In this document: piece by piece, positions 28,241 to 42,465 of the stretch
How positions within the stretch are numbered: the stretch's first letter is position 1
Layout of the letters: every line of letters begins with the position of its first letter
Assembly (NCBI GenBank): GCA_002245135.1
Contig: NGBS01000292.1
Coordinates: 496,001 to 560,000, forward strand
DNA: 64,000 nucleotides
From: Proteromonas lacertae
Lineage: Eukaryota
Reading direction: 5' to 3'
Made by a program: the position numbers and the translations under genes
Notes under the pieces: model-generated
What the model saw: only the letters and a program-made list of their open reading frames with translations
Told to the model about the DNA's origin: nothing
Databases searched by the model: none

Positions 28241-31200
28241 TTAAACATCACTGTTTTGTTTCACATTCTTATTATCAGAATAACCAAAACCAACAGAAAC
28301 AGAAGTAACATCACCATCACTTTGTTTCGCTGAATGATTATAATTACTCTTAGCTAATCCACTTCTATCCAAAGATGCTAACATTCCCGAAATACTTGAA
28401 TTAGAGCTTAGAAATGATGCTTGATAAGTCATTGTATTACCACTACTCTTTTCCACTTCCTCATTTCTTTCTTCCTTTCCCACTTGTTTCTGAGATTGTG
28501 AAGATGTTGTTGGTATTGATGAAGAAGCAGTAGAAGATGACATTACAGCATTAGAGGAGGATGAATTAATAATTGAAGGAATTGAATGACTATATGTAGT
28601 TGAAGAATAAGTTGATTGTTGTTGTGTTTGTAATGATGGATTTGGATTTTCATAACTCTTTCTATTAACTCCTACAACACTGCTATATGGAATATTCAAT
28701 TTTTCACATAAAAATTTCTTCACTCTGCTTGTTTGATAATTCAATGCTTGAGCTATTGCACTAATTTCACTGTTAGTGGGAAATGTAGCAATTGGATTGG
28801 ATTTATACCATCTATATATAAATAATAATAATAATAATTAACATACATTTCTAGCTTATTAATAATAGCTCTTTTCTTCTTTGGTTCAACCATATCAGTT
28901 TCATAATCAGCATATTGACTTGGCATTCTTCTTTTAGAACTTTCTAAAGAATAAAATAAATAATAACATATATATATACTTAACATTGGATTTGTTAATC
29001 TATCATTACAATCATGACATATATAATTATTTTCATCAATTTTCCTATTAATACCAATTATATTTCTCACACATTTCTTGTGATATGATTTTCTACATTT
29101 ACTACATCTTACCATATCATTAAATATTAATAATCCGTTACAGATACAATATCTTTTGTAATTATCATGTACAATATTCTCCAATACTTCAACTTGTTCA
29201 AAATTTACTGGTATTTTTGTCGAACCTGAGATTTGAGTGGAAATTTGAGCTGGTGTTGTTTGAGAATTGTATTTTAAAGGATCTAATAATTCTTCAGTTA
29301 AATCATTCCATTGATTAATTCTATCAATTAACTATTCATATTATAAATAATTAAATTCATAAAAAAATAAATAAAAATACATTATTCATAAATTGTATAA
29401 ATGCATTATCATAAACTGAATATTTCATATCAGCTGATTTTCTATATTCAATTAATTTCAACCATTCTTTATCACTCGTTTTATTGGATAAATAATTTTG
29501 ACATAATATAATATGAACCAAATAAAACTCGACTGTTAAACAATTCAAAATTGAAAGACTTCTTGAAAAATCAAGTTTTAATGAACTGACTAAGAATTTA
29601 TAAGTTGCAGAATTGAATTTTTCAATATCTTTACTCGTTATTTCATTCTTTATTCTCATAATATGTTCAATCCATACATCTAAATTACCAACTGTTGATT
29701 TCTGCTGAATTTCTAATACTTTACTAATTGATCCTTCTAATTCATGTAAATGAAACGGTAAACTTTCAGAAATCTATAAAAATAAAACGTTTAATATATA
29801 CCAAACAGTTTGGACAAATGAATATTTCTGGTTGATTCTTATTCTCTAAATCAAAACAATAATCATGAAACCATTTCTTACATATATCACAACATATCAT
29901 TCTACCATTCTCTTTCTCTTTACATACACAGTATACAATACTTTGTTTATTTAATATATCAATATAATCATCTTCTTTAATAGGTAATTCTGATAGTCTT
30001 TCTTTCATATTTATTACTTCTTCCACTGTCATTTTATCGATTTTTATAAAGTCTTTGATCCAATTGTTTATTAGTTTATTATAATATTTCAGTGGCTTTG
30101 TATAATCACTCATTAATATCAACACAGTTTGACAATCTGTAACTAAATTATTGAAATCAGAAACTGATAGTTTTAACTCTTTGGTTATGATTTTTTGAGC
30201 TGTTTCTGCATATTTGTGGTATCTTTCGATGTTATCTTTTAATATTTCCTCTTCAGCAATAGGTAGGTAGAAAGATTGAGTATCACTGTAAATTTCTTCA
30301 ATTGTTGAAATTGATTTTTTATTACCTTCTATATTCATATAACAATAATAAAGTATATACTAAAGTTAATTATGTTTGCATTGACTCTTTTCGACCAATC
30401 TAATAATCTACTGCTCATTAAAAACAAACAACGATAATAGCAGAAACAACCGTATATTCCATATCTATCTGGCTCTTTGTATATCAAAGATACTTTTTTC
30501 AATGTAAACTTCAATGTATTTATTGAAAATCCTTTTTGGCTGATTAGTGAATAAAGAAGATTGATGTTTTCAGAATACTATTAATATATATAAGTTATAT
30601 TATATATATACAAGCTTGACAGACTTGATTCTTTTGTCATTTGTTGATAAGATTTTAATCTCACTTTTAATCTCCTCCAATATATCCAATTCTTTCATAA
30701 ATTGTTCTATTAATTCTTTTTCTCTTGTCATTATTTCCATTATCTTATCATATGATAAAAATGGTAAATCATCAAAAGTTTTCTCGGTTTCCACGGTTTC
30801 CACGTTATTTTCAACTTCATTTTCATCTTCTTCCATTTTTCTATCATTTTCATTATTTTCTTCTTCTTCTTCTTCTTCTTCTTCTTCAATATCACTATCA
30901 AATCTATCATTAATAATATCACTATAATCTTCATAATAATCATTATTATTACTACTAAATCTATCATCTATATTATTATCATCATCATATTCATAATCAT
31001 CACTATAAACACTATTTCTATTATGATTTCTAGTCCTTCTCTCACTATTAGATAAATAAACAGAATTATTTCTATAATTCAATCTATTACTACTTGCACC
31101 ACCTTTTCCACCATTGTAATTAAAACCTCTCTTTCTGTTGTTTCTATTCTTATTTCTCATTAATGCTTTGGCTTTGTCAGATTCGATTTCTTCTTCTAGT

Positions 31201-34200
31201 TTTATTCTATCTAATTCAGCTATTTTATTTTCTTTTACTTTTCTTTCAATTATTTCCTGATAATCCTCTGGATATAGTTTCAATAATTCATTATACATAT
31301 ATGAGATATAATTGGATAAATAGTTTGTTACAACTCCTTTTGCTTTTGAATATGTTTTGAATATCTCTTTTATATATTTCCTTTCATTTTTGGCATTGAT
31401 TTTTAATTTTTTACTCTTTTCATACAGTAATCTTAATGAGTGATTACTCATCTGTGAATTTTTAGTCACTAAAACAGTTAAACTCTTACATTGTTCTAAG
31501 AATGTCTTTAATTGTGGTGAAATATCAATTTCACTATATTTCTCTATTAAATCCAATAAACTTTTGGTTTTGTTATTGTTTATCTTTGATTTATCTTCTT
31601 CTTTATTTTCTTTTTCTTTTTCTTTTTCTTTTTCTTTTTCTTTTTCTTCTTCTTCTTTTTCCACATTATTTTCATCTTTACTATCTTTATTATTATCCTC
31701 TTTAATCATTATTGCAGTATTAATAGTAGAATATGTAATAAATATTCTATTATATTCCTTAATCCAATTATCATATTCGGTTTTATAAGTTATTAATCTT
31801 TCACCTTCAGGAATAGTTATATTCAATTCATTATATTTATTAATCAACACTTCAACATCATTTATATAAGGTAAATTAGTGATTATTATATCTTCTTCTT
31901 CTTCTTTAAAGTTCTTTTTTCCTTTTTGTTTGGGATTAACTACTTTTTTATTAATTTGTTTTTCTTTTTTTACACTATTATTATTATTAAAACTTCTCAA
32001 ATTTCTATTGTTTTTTGGAGTTGATTTAGATCTTGGAGTAGCATTATTACTAATAGGTGTAGATGGTGATAATGGTGAATGTGTAACGGCTAGTGGAAAC
32101 TTTGGAGATTTTCCACTGTTATTATTATTATTACGGTTAATCGGTGATACAAGTGGAGTATTTAGTGGAGAAGTCACTGGTGTACTAGTAGATGGTGGTT
32201 CAGAGTTAATTATATCAGGTAAATCATTCATATCATCATTATCATCAATTATATTCCTCTCTTTTTCTTTTTCTTCATCATTCAATATAATAATTGGTTC
32301 TGTTGGCTTGAAGTGAGGATATATAACATATAATTCATCTAAAAACAATAAACACTCTTTTATTTTCACTCTTAACATCTCTAATTTATCATATACTAAG
32401 TTTGGATAATCTTTTCCTTCATTATATAATTCAACTAGTCTTGAAAAATCTAATTTTGTACCATTTGAATTTAAATATTTTTCTACACTTCCAACCCATT
32501 TTTCACTACCATTTAATGTATTTTTTAACTCTTTATATTCTTTAGTTATTATTTGTCTTCTCTTTTTATTCACCATTATTGATGTTTTTAACGATTGTCC
32601 TTCTTTAATTAATTCTACATACTCAGAATAAGTATGTTTTTCTCTATAATATTGATTGATTTTTTCTTTATATTTTCGATGAGTTATGAATAATTCTAAT
32701 AATGCCATTTCGTCTGTTTTTACTGGTATTTGTTTACCTCTATCTCTTAACTCTTCTAACTCTATTGAAGTGATTTTGGGAGAAATTACTGCTTCTTCTA
32801 CTTCATTTATCCAAGATTTACATTGAGTGTAAAGATTGTACATTTGTTGAAATTGATCTGTTGTGACATTGAATAAAGAACCCTAATCAAGATAGATAAT
32901 TGAAATATATTTATATATACTTTTTGAACAAGTGTATCCAATATATGGTATGTCAATTTATTCTTAGAATTATCATCAGATGGCAAGATACTATCAATCT
33001 CAGTCAAATACTTCAACGAGTTTTGAATATACTGTTTGGCTCGAATGTCCAAGCCATTCATTCCAAAACAAAACCCCTCTATTCCAATATCCAACAATTT
33101 ATTATTAACAGCTTCAGTATCTTGTTTTTGATTCAATAATTCTGTCATTTCTTCAATCCATGTTTCTGCTTTGGGAAGTAGTTTTCTTATATACTCTAAC
33201 TGAGGAAATGATATTTTTAATTCGTCAAACTAATACATTAGATAAATTATTAAATATACTTGTTTAACTATCTCTAGTAAATCATTACATGTTCCTTTAT
33301 AATTATCTTCATGATCCTTGCTGAAACAATACATAAACTTCGAATATAATTTCATTCCATCATTTAGTCTTTCTTCCAAGTATTTGTAGTTGTCATAGTG
33401 ATATACTAATAGCTTATATTCTTCAACTGCTCTATATAATGGTAATAAAGATGAACGATTGTGAAAACTATAATCATATAAAACTATTATATAAATATAC
33501 TATTGATCTAACTTTTTCTTGTTTTCTCTACATCTATATATCATGTTTTCACAATAAGTAAACTCTAATAAATTGATCTCTAATGCTTTTCCATTATCAT
33601 ATAAATTGCGTAGTTCAGAAATTGTACATCTTCTTGCTGGATTGAATAATTTTCTAAATTGAAGTACCCAGTCATAACCATAGTGTATTTTATCATATAA
33701 TTTCTTCAATATTTCATTCACTTCTAAGGATAAGTTGTGATTTTCACAATCGACACTTCTTGACACTAATCTATTACCTTCTTTTAATATTAACTCTATA
33801 TCCACTGAAGATGGTTCTGATGCTAATAATTTCTTTGCTTTTACATGAAATTTCTTCAATTTTCTACAATAAATTTGAATATTCTTCAATTTATATACTC
33901 TTCTAAAGTGACACTTGCGGTTTTGGCTGCTGGTCCCATGTTAGATGATACTTTAGGAGTTGCTACTCTTGATGGCTATTTAATTACAAAATTAATAATC
34001 AATATAATTCAAATACCTTTAATTTACTGATACTTTTCTTCAAAATCTTTGTAAATGAATCAATACTGTATGACGAATTACATGCTACTAGCATTTTAGC
34101 TATAGAAACGTTGTTATTTGCTCTAAAATACATGAGGCATAAAATTATATATAATTTCTATATAATAATAACATACTTATTTAAAATCTCTAAAGCAAAA

Positions 34201-34761
34201 TCATCTGTTGGATCTGGTACAAACTTATCACTCTGTTCAATAAAATATAAAATATTCATACCATCACTTTTGGAGGAGGACCAAAAGTCTTCATTGTTTG
34301 AATTCCCATTACTCTTCGGTAATAACTCAAAAATTCTTGAATCTATTACATAAAAATCTCACCATAAATCATACATCTTCATTTTTAGTTGGTATATGAG
34401 ATGTAGTTGGATACTTTACCTGAATAATCTCTCGTATATCCGGGAATAGCCTCTATAAAAATAATTAATTGGATAATAAAATCATAGTCTATACATAAAG
34501 CGAATTATTATCAGATATTGTTTCACTATCCGGCACCACAGCCTGATACCTAGAAACATGATTATTTTAAATAAAATACTGTGCTGCTCCTTCTCTGCAT
34601 GTTCTGCCTACTCCCTTTGATTTATCTATGTAGATTATAGGATAGGTTATTTAATGATATAATGCTGATAAGCTGACAAGACTATAGCTAAATATACTTT
34701 TGGCGTGAGTATCTGTTGCATTTGAGGTGATTGGCTCATTATCAGTCTTTTTAGATGACAT
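28241..34761 (-). CDS. Large chromatin protein: ELM2-like N-terminus, PLU-1-like helical repeats and PHD fingers (similar to the KDM5/Lid C-terminal half)
   Basis: N-terminal GRTCREGAAQYQAVVPD (ELM2-like); PLU-1-like repeats (CKSWINEVEEAV...LEELRDRGKQIPV); PHD fingers VYCVCKEKENGRMICCDICKKWFHDYC...FICPNC and RYCICNG...MVRCSKCRKSYHKKC...YICHDC. Confidence 0.7.
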
Positions 34762-35374
34762 AATCTCCTTTAATTGAAAAGTATAAAAATATAGATAGCA
34801 ATAATCTAGTTGAAAACAGGAGTTAGACTATGTGCTAACGAAGAGAGATAAAAAGAAGTAAATCTGAGTTTAAAATGTGTTGTATTTTCTTGCTTGTGTG
34901 GATAAAAAAACTCATCCATTAGAAAAGTGATGTTTATGAGTGGTAAAGAATATACTCAAAGAAATGATCACATCAAACAACTGTAAATAACACAAAACAA
35001 GAAAATTTACTGAAAGAAGAAGATATATCTATATTATTTTATCCGATTAGATGGATTAGAACAAAATAAACTCTATGAGATGCTTATTTCACTTCAAAAC
35101 AAGGTAATTAAGGAGCTGTTGTTAATAGTGAAGTAAGAATAGGTTAATTTCACTTCTATAAGAATTTTATGGCTTTCAATTCTACTATAACAGAAGAATT
35201 TATATCTTACAACGTCTAGATCACTTTATAATAAACAAATAAAACCTAGCTTGATTTGAGCAAATCAAACTTGTTTGAGAAGGGGTAACAGAATAACTGG
35301 ATTTTAAATAGCATTTTTCAATATTTTCATCTCAATTAACATTCATCTCTTTTTCTTTGAATTTTTGAGAAGAT

Positions 35375-35812
35375 ATGCCAGCCAAAACAGTATGATATTA
35401 TAAAAAATGAACTTTCTATTAATTTAATATTTTATCTATCTTTATGAATATTTATATTGTTTCTATAATCTAATCTCGACTAGAAAACCAATGAAGGTAT
35501 CAACAGCAGACTTCAATTAGTCATGAAATCTGGTAAAGTATTTTTAGGCAGAAACCAAACAATAAAGAGTTTAAGACAAGGAACTTGTATTATTTACTGT
35601 TTATATTTGTAGCCAAGTTAATTATTGTTTCAAACAATTGCCCAGCTTTACAAAAATCAAAAATTGAATATTATGCTCTTCTTTCAAAAGTCAATGTTCA
35701 TCACTACTCAGGAAACAACAGAGAATTAGGAACTGCTTGTGGTAAATTATTCCCCGTATCATGTTTAACAGTACTTGATGCTGGTGATTCAGATATTACA
35801 AAAGCCCAATAA
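35375..35812 (+). CDS. RPL30: 60S ribosomal protein eL30
   Basis: Spliced product [65 protein letters not shown]...[25 protein letters not shown]. Introns 35390-35483 (94 nt) and a 26-nt second intron. Confidence 0.98.
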
Positions 35813-35991
35813 AGAGAGTGATTTAAATATTAATGAGATGAATTGTTCCTTATATATTTGTGATTTATTGTTTATGCTATATCCATAAATAAAAATCAAT
35901 TACTATTATGCTTATCTATTCAATAGTTATGTTCAACATTCATAAAAGCTTGAATAAAAAACTTGAGAGAAATATTTTTATTTTTCTAAAA

Positions 35992-36990
35992 ATGAATGCT
36001 GCTGCTGAGGTAACCCCAAAATTTATTCCTAAAGATGATTATTCAAAAATGATAAAACAGACTCAACAGGATAATGCCTCAGATTGTATTGAAAGTATGA
36101 AATACTCGTTTTATTATGTTTAGTTCCTCCTGGAGTAGTGATGACTGGTATTGATATACATTTAATCAATTAATTAGAGCTTCCAATGATTGGCGTTGAT
36201 GCTTTGGATGAATTCTTTCTGAAGACTAGTTATAAGGTTAAAAAACTCAAATTTACAGGTATTTTCATTTTATTATTGATAATTATAGAAGATACATATG
36301 GATTAATAACAAAACTAACAGATGTTCAATTCTATAGATTTCTTCAAGCTTTAGTTTTTTATAAAAGAGTAAACCATTTAGATCTAAGTTGTATATTTCA
36401 TACAGAAATAATAAATCATTAGATTTGTCAATAGGAGGTCCTCAATTCACTTCAATTTGTCATTTACTACCTTGGCATTATAAAAATGTCAAAATATTGG
36501 ACTTTACAGGAAATAACTTGGATGATGATAATGCAGAGACACTTTGTGAAAATATAACAGATAATAAAACACTAGAGAAATTGATATTGACAAGTATTTT
36601 TAATAATGTAATTAATTAGGAAATGAAATATGTGATGTATCATTAGATTCTATAGCTGATTGTATTAAAGACAATACCTACACTAAAATCACTCTGTTTA
36701 CAATGTATTTTGGTGATTATTATATTTAAATAGCAAATAGATTTTCTGATCGAGGTGCTGATGTGATAGTTCAATCATTATTATTATGTCCATATATAAC
36801 TACATTTAAATTAGGAAGATTAAGAGATTCCGGTGAAGATACAATCACAGAAGATAAAATGAAAGATATGATGGGTAAATTAAGTGAAACAAGGAAATGG
36901 GTTAGTTTGGAATGTTGGATACTTTCATTTTATTACCAGACATACTTGTTGTACAATACAGTAGATATAATAATATACATAATTCAATGA
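35992..36990 (+). CDS. RNI-like leucine-rich repeat protein
   Basis: Repeats such as VKILDFTGNNLDDDNAETLCENI, LEKLILTRNEICD and NRFSDRGADVIVQSL across short exons. Confidence 0.7.
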
Positions 36991-37105
36991 ATTCATATTT
37001 AATTACTTTAATAACCTTTTGTTTTTGATTAATAGTGAGAATGGAATAAAGAATAACAATATAAAAACATAAAAATGGAAATAAATATAAAGATTATTAC
37101 TAATC

Positions 37106-39002
37106 TCAAGGTTTATTCCTTACTAGATTACTTCCATCATACCAATAATCTCCTAATTCATTTATATCTAAAGTTTCTGTCTGTGATCCTCCATTATTGT
37201 TAAATATAATCTGTATAGGAGGTTGTTGATCTGTTATACTAATAAATGTCCAATCATCTTCTGTTTTGTCTATGAATTGTGTTCCAGGCCATGTAGTAGT
37301 AAATCCTTCTTTCCAATAGTGTAAATGTGAATATCCTTTACAGTATAATCTTATACAGTCTGGTTTTACTTCTTCCTGTTCAACTGGTTTTATTTCCTCT
37401 GTTGGTTTTATTTCTTCATTTTCTACTTGTTTTGGTATTTCTTCTACTGGTTTAGATTCTTCTTCTTCTTCTAGATTTGATGGTTCTTCTACTGGCTGTT
37501 GTTCTTCAGATGGATTTTCACTTTCATTCTCTTCCTCTTGATTATTCTCTATTGTTGTTGTTTCTGGAGTTTCTTCTTCTTCATGTTCTGCTACTATCTG
37601 CTTTATTTCATCATATAATTGTTTCTCCTTTTCAGCTTCCTCTTCCTCCTCTCTCCTTTTCTTCTCTATTTCCTCCTTTATTCTCATTTCTTCTTCCTCT
37701 TTTCTCTTCCTTTCTTCTTCCATCATCTTTCTTTGTATTTCACTCTGCCTTACTGCTTCTTCAGATGCTAATTTCTTTGCTTCTACTTCTGATTGTAATA
37801 CTTTATTTAATATTTCTAACTGCTCTTTATTTGAATTAATAAATGATATGGCATTCTCTCTTTGTTTACTACACCAGTCATCATATTTCGCTTTCTCTGA
37901 TAAAGACATGACTTGGAGTATTTGATATTCGATTCTGTTGTATTCGAGAGAAAAATGAAGTGATTCCTTTTGGATCTGACAATATTTTATCCAGTCCTTT
38001 CTTTAGCATCTTTTAATTTTTCGATTGATTCATTGTAATTCTTCCATAATTGTTCCTATAAAAAATAAAAATAAAAATTATTAAATAAAAATAATATATA
38101 CTTCTTCACTTATTGATAATTGTACTGATTTCAATCTGTTCACTATCACTCCTTTATTCTGTGATATTCTAGTCCATACTTTCAGTTAATGATTTGTAGG
38201 TATTTGATATATTATTCAACATCTCTTTAGGAATATATTTTGAATTATCAATCATCATTTTGGGCTTGATGGTATAGTTGCTTGTTTCTGCTGCTGCTGT
38301 TGTTGTTGTTGTTTATTTGAATTTATTTTATTAAGACTATTAGTAGTAGTAGATCCTGATGATAAGGATGATAATGAGATGGATATAGTTGGAGGTGCTT
38401 TAATTTGTGAGATTGTTAGAGCTGGTGGTGGAGGTAGTGGGTTTGAAGAATGATCGGCTGGTGTTGGTAATGGGGGAAGGTTGATAAATCGTCAGGAGTA
38501 AAGGGTAAAGAGTATGGATCAGTTTTGTATTTTTCAGTTACAACATTCATTAATTCTATTTCTTGTCCTGCGTATTTGTGAAATAAACGGTCTACTACAT
38601 CTAATTTTTGGGAATTTATTGCTCTGTACAACAATACGACTTTTCTTTTCATATATTCAATTTCAACTATTTTATGATAGAAGTATTAAATTATACTTTC
38701 CCCATAATTATACAACGGACATCCATACAATCTTTTTAGTTGTTGATTCAACTGACTAAAGTCAGTCCTATAATGATCAACAAAATTTGAAACCTTCGGT
38801 ACCTATTATTGTAATCACGAATATATAAATACATTTTCTGGTTTGTATTTACCATAATACTTATTCAGTCGATCTGTCATAAAACTACACTCAAATGAAG
38901 AGAAGTCATGCAAGATATCGCTACATTATATAATATCATATGAAAATACTGGATTTCAATATCTGATCTTAACTTATTAGAATGCTGTCTATCAATATCC
39001 AT
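37106..39002 (-). CDS. Modular protein: N-terminal RL..YY.KY.PE helical repeats, coiled coil, acidic linker and a C-terminal CBM26-like starch/glycogen-binding module
   Basis: C-terminal IRLYCKGYSHLHYWKEGFTTTWPGTQF...DDWTFISI...IQIIFNNNGGSQTETL...GDYWYDG has the CBM26 pattern (Y.W...WPG...W...IFN.G..QT..L). N-terminal DRLNKYYGKYKPEN and LYRAINSQKLDVVDRLFHKYAGQEIEL repeats. Confidence 0.7.
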
Positions 39003-39057
39003 TAAAAATCAATCACATATAAATACTCATAATACAATTGTATTTTTGTATTAGAAA

Positions 39058-41404
39058 ATGAAATTAATTAAGCTGATCTGTTTGTTTTTGGTAGTTAATG
39101 TTACTCTTTGTTCAAAGGCATATAGATATTATAGCTATTCTGAGGTATAAAAACACTCCATAATTCTTAGATGGTTACTATCATGAAAGAAATGGCAAAT
39201 AGATATCCAAAGTATGTTAAATTAGAAACTACACAACAAAAGTATGGAATTTTCAGTCCAGGATCATGTGGTATTAAAATGTCCAATATTGTACTTTTTA
39301 TTTAGGTAATGGTCCTTGTGAACAGCATATGCTTACTATATCAAATTTTGAAATAAAGAGATACAAAGCTGAAGTCTATTTCAGTGGATGTTTACATGGA
39401 AATGAACGAATTGGTCCAAATGCTGTAATAGAAGCTGTATTCATAATAATTCAATTGTATTACCTATTTATAGGCAATGCTTCTAATAAGTAACAAAATG
39501 AAAGAAACAGGAGTTAATAATCTCTACGATTATGACGATATACCATACAACCCATGGTTAAGTCAATTATTAGATAAACGTGTGATAATAATGACACCAA
39601 TGACAAACCATCAAGGATATTATAAGAACCAAAGAGGAGAAAACGGTGTAGATCCAAATAGGGATTTTCCGTTTGGATTTTATCCACTAAGATTATTAGC
39701 AGGTAAATACAGTCATCATAAGACTAATAGAAGAAGTACAGTGAACAAATGTTTACAGTCAGCTACAGCTCAAGGTGTTCATGAGATATTTTTACATCAT
39801 AAAATACTATTGGCTTTAACATTTCATGGGGGTTGCAGAACTTTTGGCTATGAATGGGGTGCACCACAATATAGTATGAAATATATATATATATATTTAT
39901 TATTATATATTAATTTATATAGAAACAAATACGTATTGTCCTGATGATACAAGTCAAAAGTTAGTCAGTTCAAATATAGTAAAGATAGGTGGAAGTTATG
40001 ATGGTTATTACCCAGTTGGTCCAATTAATAAATTGGTTTATGCCGTACAAGGAGGTGCTGAAGATTGGGCTTATGGTGCTTCATGGGATAAAGAATATAC
40101 ACAATGTGAAAATATCATTTTTAAATATCTTATTATTTTCTTTAATATTATATAACTAATCCAAATTATCCCAGATCTAGATTACAGTATAATGATATGG
40201 ATTTAAGATCGAATTTCTTTTTAGTGGAAACTTCTGATGCAAAGATTCCTTCATCCAATACGTTGGGAAATAGCAGAGGATTAATGACGAGTAGTACAAC
40301 AGGTCATATAGCAAAGAATATACAGTATATTTTAATATTTTAATATTTATAGTGTTATTCTTGCAACAATTGATATAGCAGAACCTTATATCTTTTGGCC
40401 ATTTAAAAATAATATAATGAAAACAACATCAAATTCTGTTAATATTAATTTTGGTATTGGTGGAAGTCTTCTTCTTGATAGTATAGAGGTTTATTATACT
40501 GCTAATCTTAAATCAATTGATTTTCCAGAACCTTCTAAACTATCTCAAGATTCAATAGAATCATTCTATAAGAATTTTGAGTTTAATAAATTGGATGATA
40601 TTAAAATTGAACATAAACAAAGACCAAATCAATTTAATGCAGATCATAATTTATTGATGAATAATACAATTAAATATGAGATGAAGAATGAGTGTTGTAA
40701 TATGATATATATTAAATTTTCTGTTGATCAAAATTGGGCTACAAATGTATATATGTTAATAATTATAATAATTAATAGAGTATATCAGTTGCACCAAATC
40801 TCAAGCCTCAAACCCATTTTTCTAATTTAAGAACCAATCCAAATTGGAGGTTTAATTATAATGGTGAAACTATACATGGAAGAGTATATTGGTTTAGTGA
40901 TCCACTGATTGTAATGAAAAGTGATTGTGATATGAACAAGTGTATGAAAAAAACAACAAATAATGACAACAACAATGATAGAGATAATAATAACAATAAT
41001 AACCAAAACAGCAATAATAATAGCCAAAATAATAATAATAATAATCAAGTGAATGAAAACACTCCAAAACCAACTCATTTTTTTTGTCCAACTAACAACA
41101 ACAATAACAATAATAACTACAGCAATAATAATAACAATTCTAATAATAAAGTTAATCCACAACCGACTAATTCGAATAATAATAATCATAATTATAATAA
41201 TCATAATCAAAATACTTATAAACAAAACAAGTCAATTATCACTTTCTTATTTTCAACATGGACTGGTGTAATGTATATTTTACTTATTATTATTATTATG
41301 TTTATAGACTTGTAGCTTTTGCTAGTGTAGGTTTTTGCTGTTGTTTGTTTAAAGGATTTGGATTTTTAAGTGGTATTTGTAAAGGATATGAAAGAATAAA
41401 CTAA
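39058..41404 (+). CDS. M14 zinc carboxypeptidase with signal peptide, Asn-rich stalk, C-terminal TM and short tail
   Basis: Zinc ligands LHGNE and TFHGG; GVDPNRDFP; YAVQGGAEDWAYG; catalytic LVETS; the tail ends ...GYERIN*. Confidence 0.88.
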
Positions 41405-41453
41405 ATATTTTAAATTCAATTATAAAATTATTAAAATAATAAATTATTAAAGT

Positions 41454-42282
41454 TTATACACTATTATTTATATCATTACAACAACAATCTTCCTCATTCT
41501 TTCTTTTCTGTAGTAAATAGCACCTTTTACGTTTTAAAGAGCAATATTCACATCCAGACTTACCTTTGGTAAATCTATTTGTTGATTTCAACTTTTTACA
41601 TCTAAAACATATTCTTAATTTTAATTCATTCTTTTCATCTTCCCAATCACGCAATTTATGCCAATTATCTACATCTAATGAACATTTCAAACATATATAT
41701 TTTCTTGGTTCAAGTTCACTTTCCACAAAAGCAAATGTTTGTGATTTATTACACATCTTAAAACATTTAGAGCATTTAACTAATTCAGTGGTTGAGGGCT
41801 TTCTGATCATGTCATGATTATTTTTATATTTATTCTGCAATCTATTATGTTTCTTTTTAACTAGACACAATTTACAATATTTATTGTTTTCATTAAACTT
41901 AGATTGTGATTTAAATGTTTTACATCTTAGACACATTTTTTTAATATCATTTACATCATCTCCCTTCCAATCTCTCAATCTTTTTATATCTTCAACTTCT
42001 TTTGAACAAGCCATACAAACAGGTTGACAATTGGATGAATTCCTGTCGTCTTGATATGCAAAGACATTATTTGCGTCAAAAATGTCTTTGCATTTAAAAC
42101 ACGTAACTTGTATTGTATGTTCATTATTAAGGATAGGAATATTGACTTCTTTCTCCTCTATTAATTTTATATCCACTGTCATTTGAACAGGCTGTAAAGC
42201 TGGACAAATTAATTTCATTACACTTTGTTGGGTTTATTTTATGTTCTATAGTTATTAAAGAAGTATTCACAAACCCGGCCAT
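41454..42282 (-). CDS. Cys-rich zinc-finger repeat protein, paralog 1
   Basis: Two tandem units, each with four CxxC pairs and an L(R/K)DW motif. The 5' end needs a frameshift near 42215. Confidence 0.7.
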
Positions 42283-42465
42283 ATTTATATTATTTCTGTA
42301 TGTATACAGTAACACATAAAGAAATAAAAAGGTTTGATTATTGTTTGAATTTATTTTGTTCAACTTATTCTTAACCTATTTCCATTTATCGAAGAAAACA
42401 CATTTATATTCTACTACAAACAATTAATGGAAAATAAAACACATAAATTATTATATTTTAAATAT

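Noticed and set aside
34800..35240. Possible small spliced gene between the PHD gene and RPL30
   Set aside because: Some GT-AG patterns exist, but no consistent frame or recognisable motif could be built.
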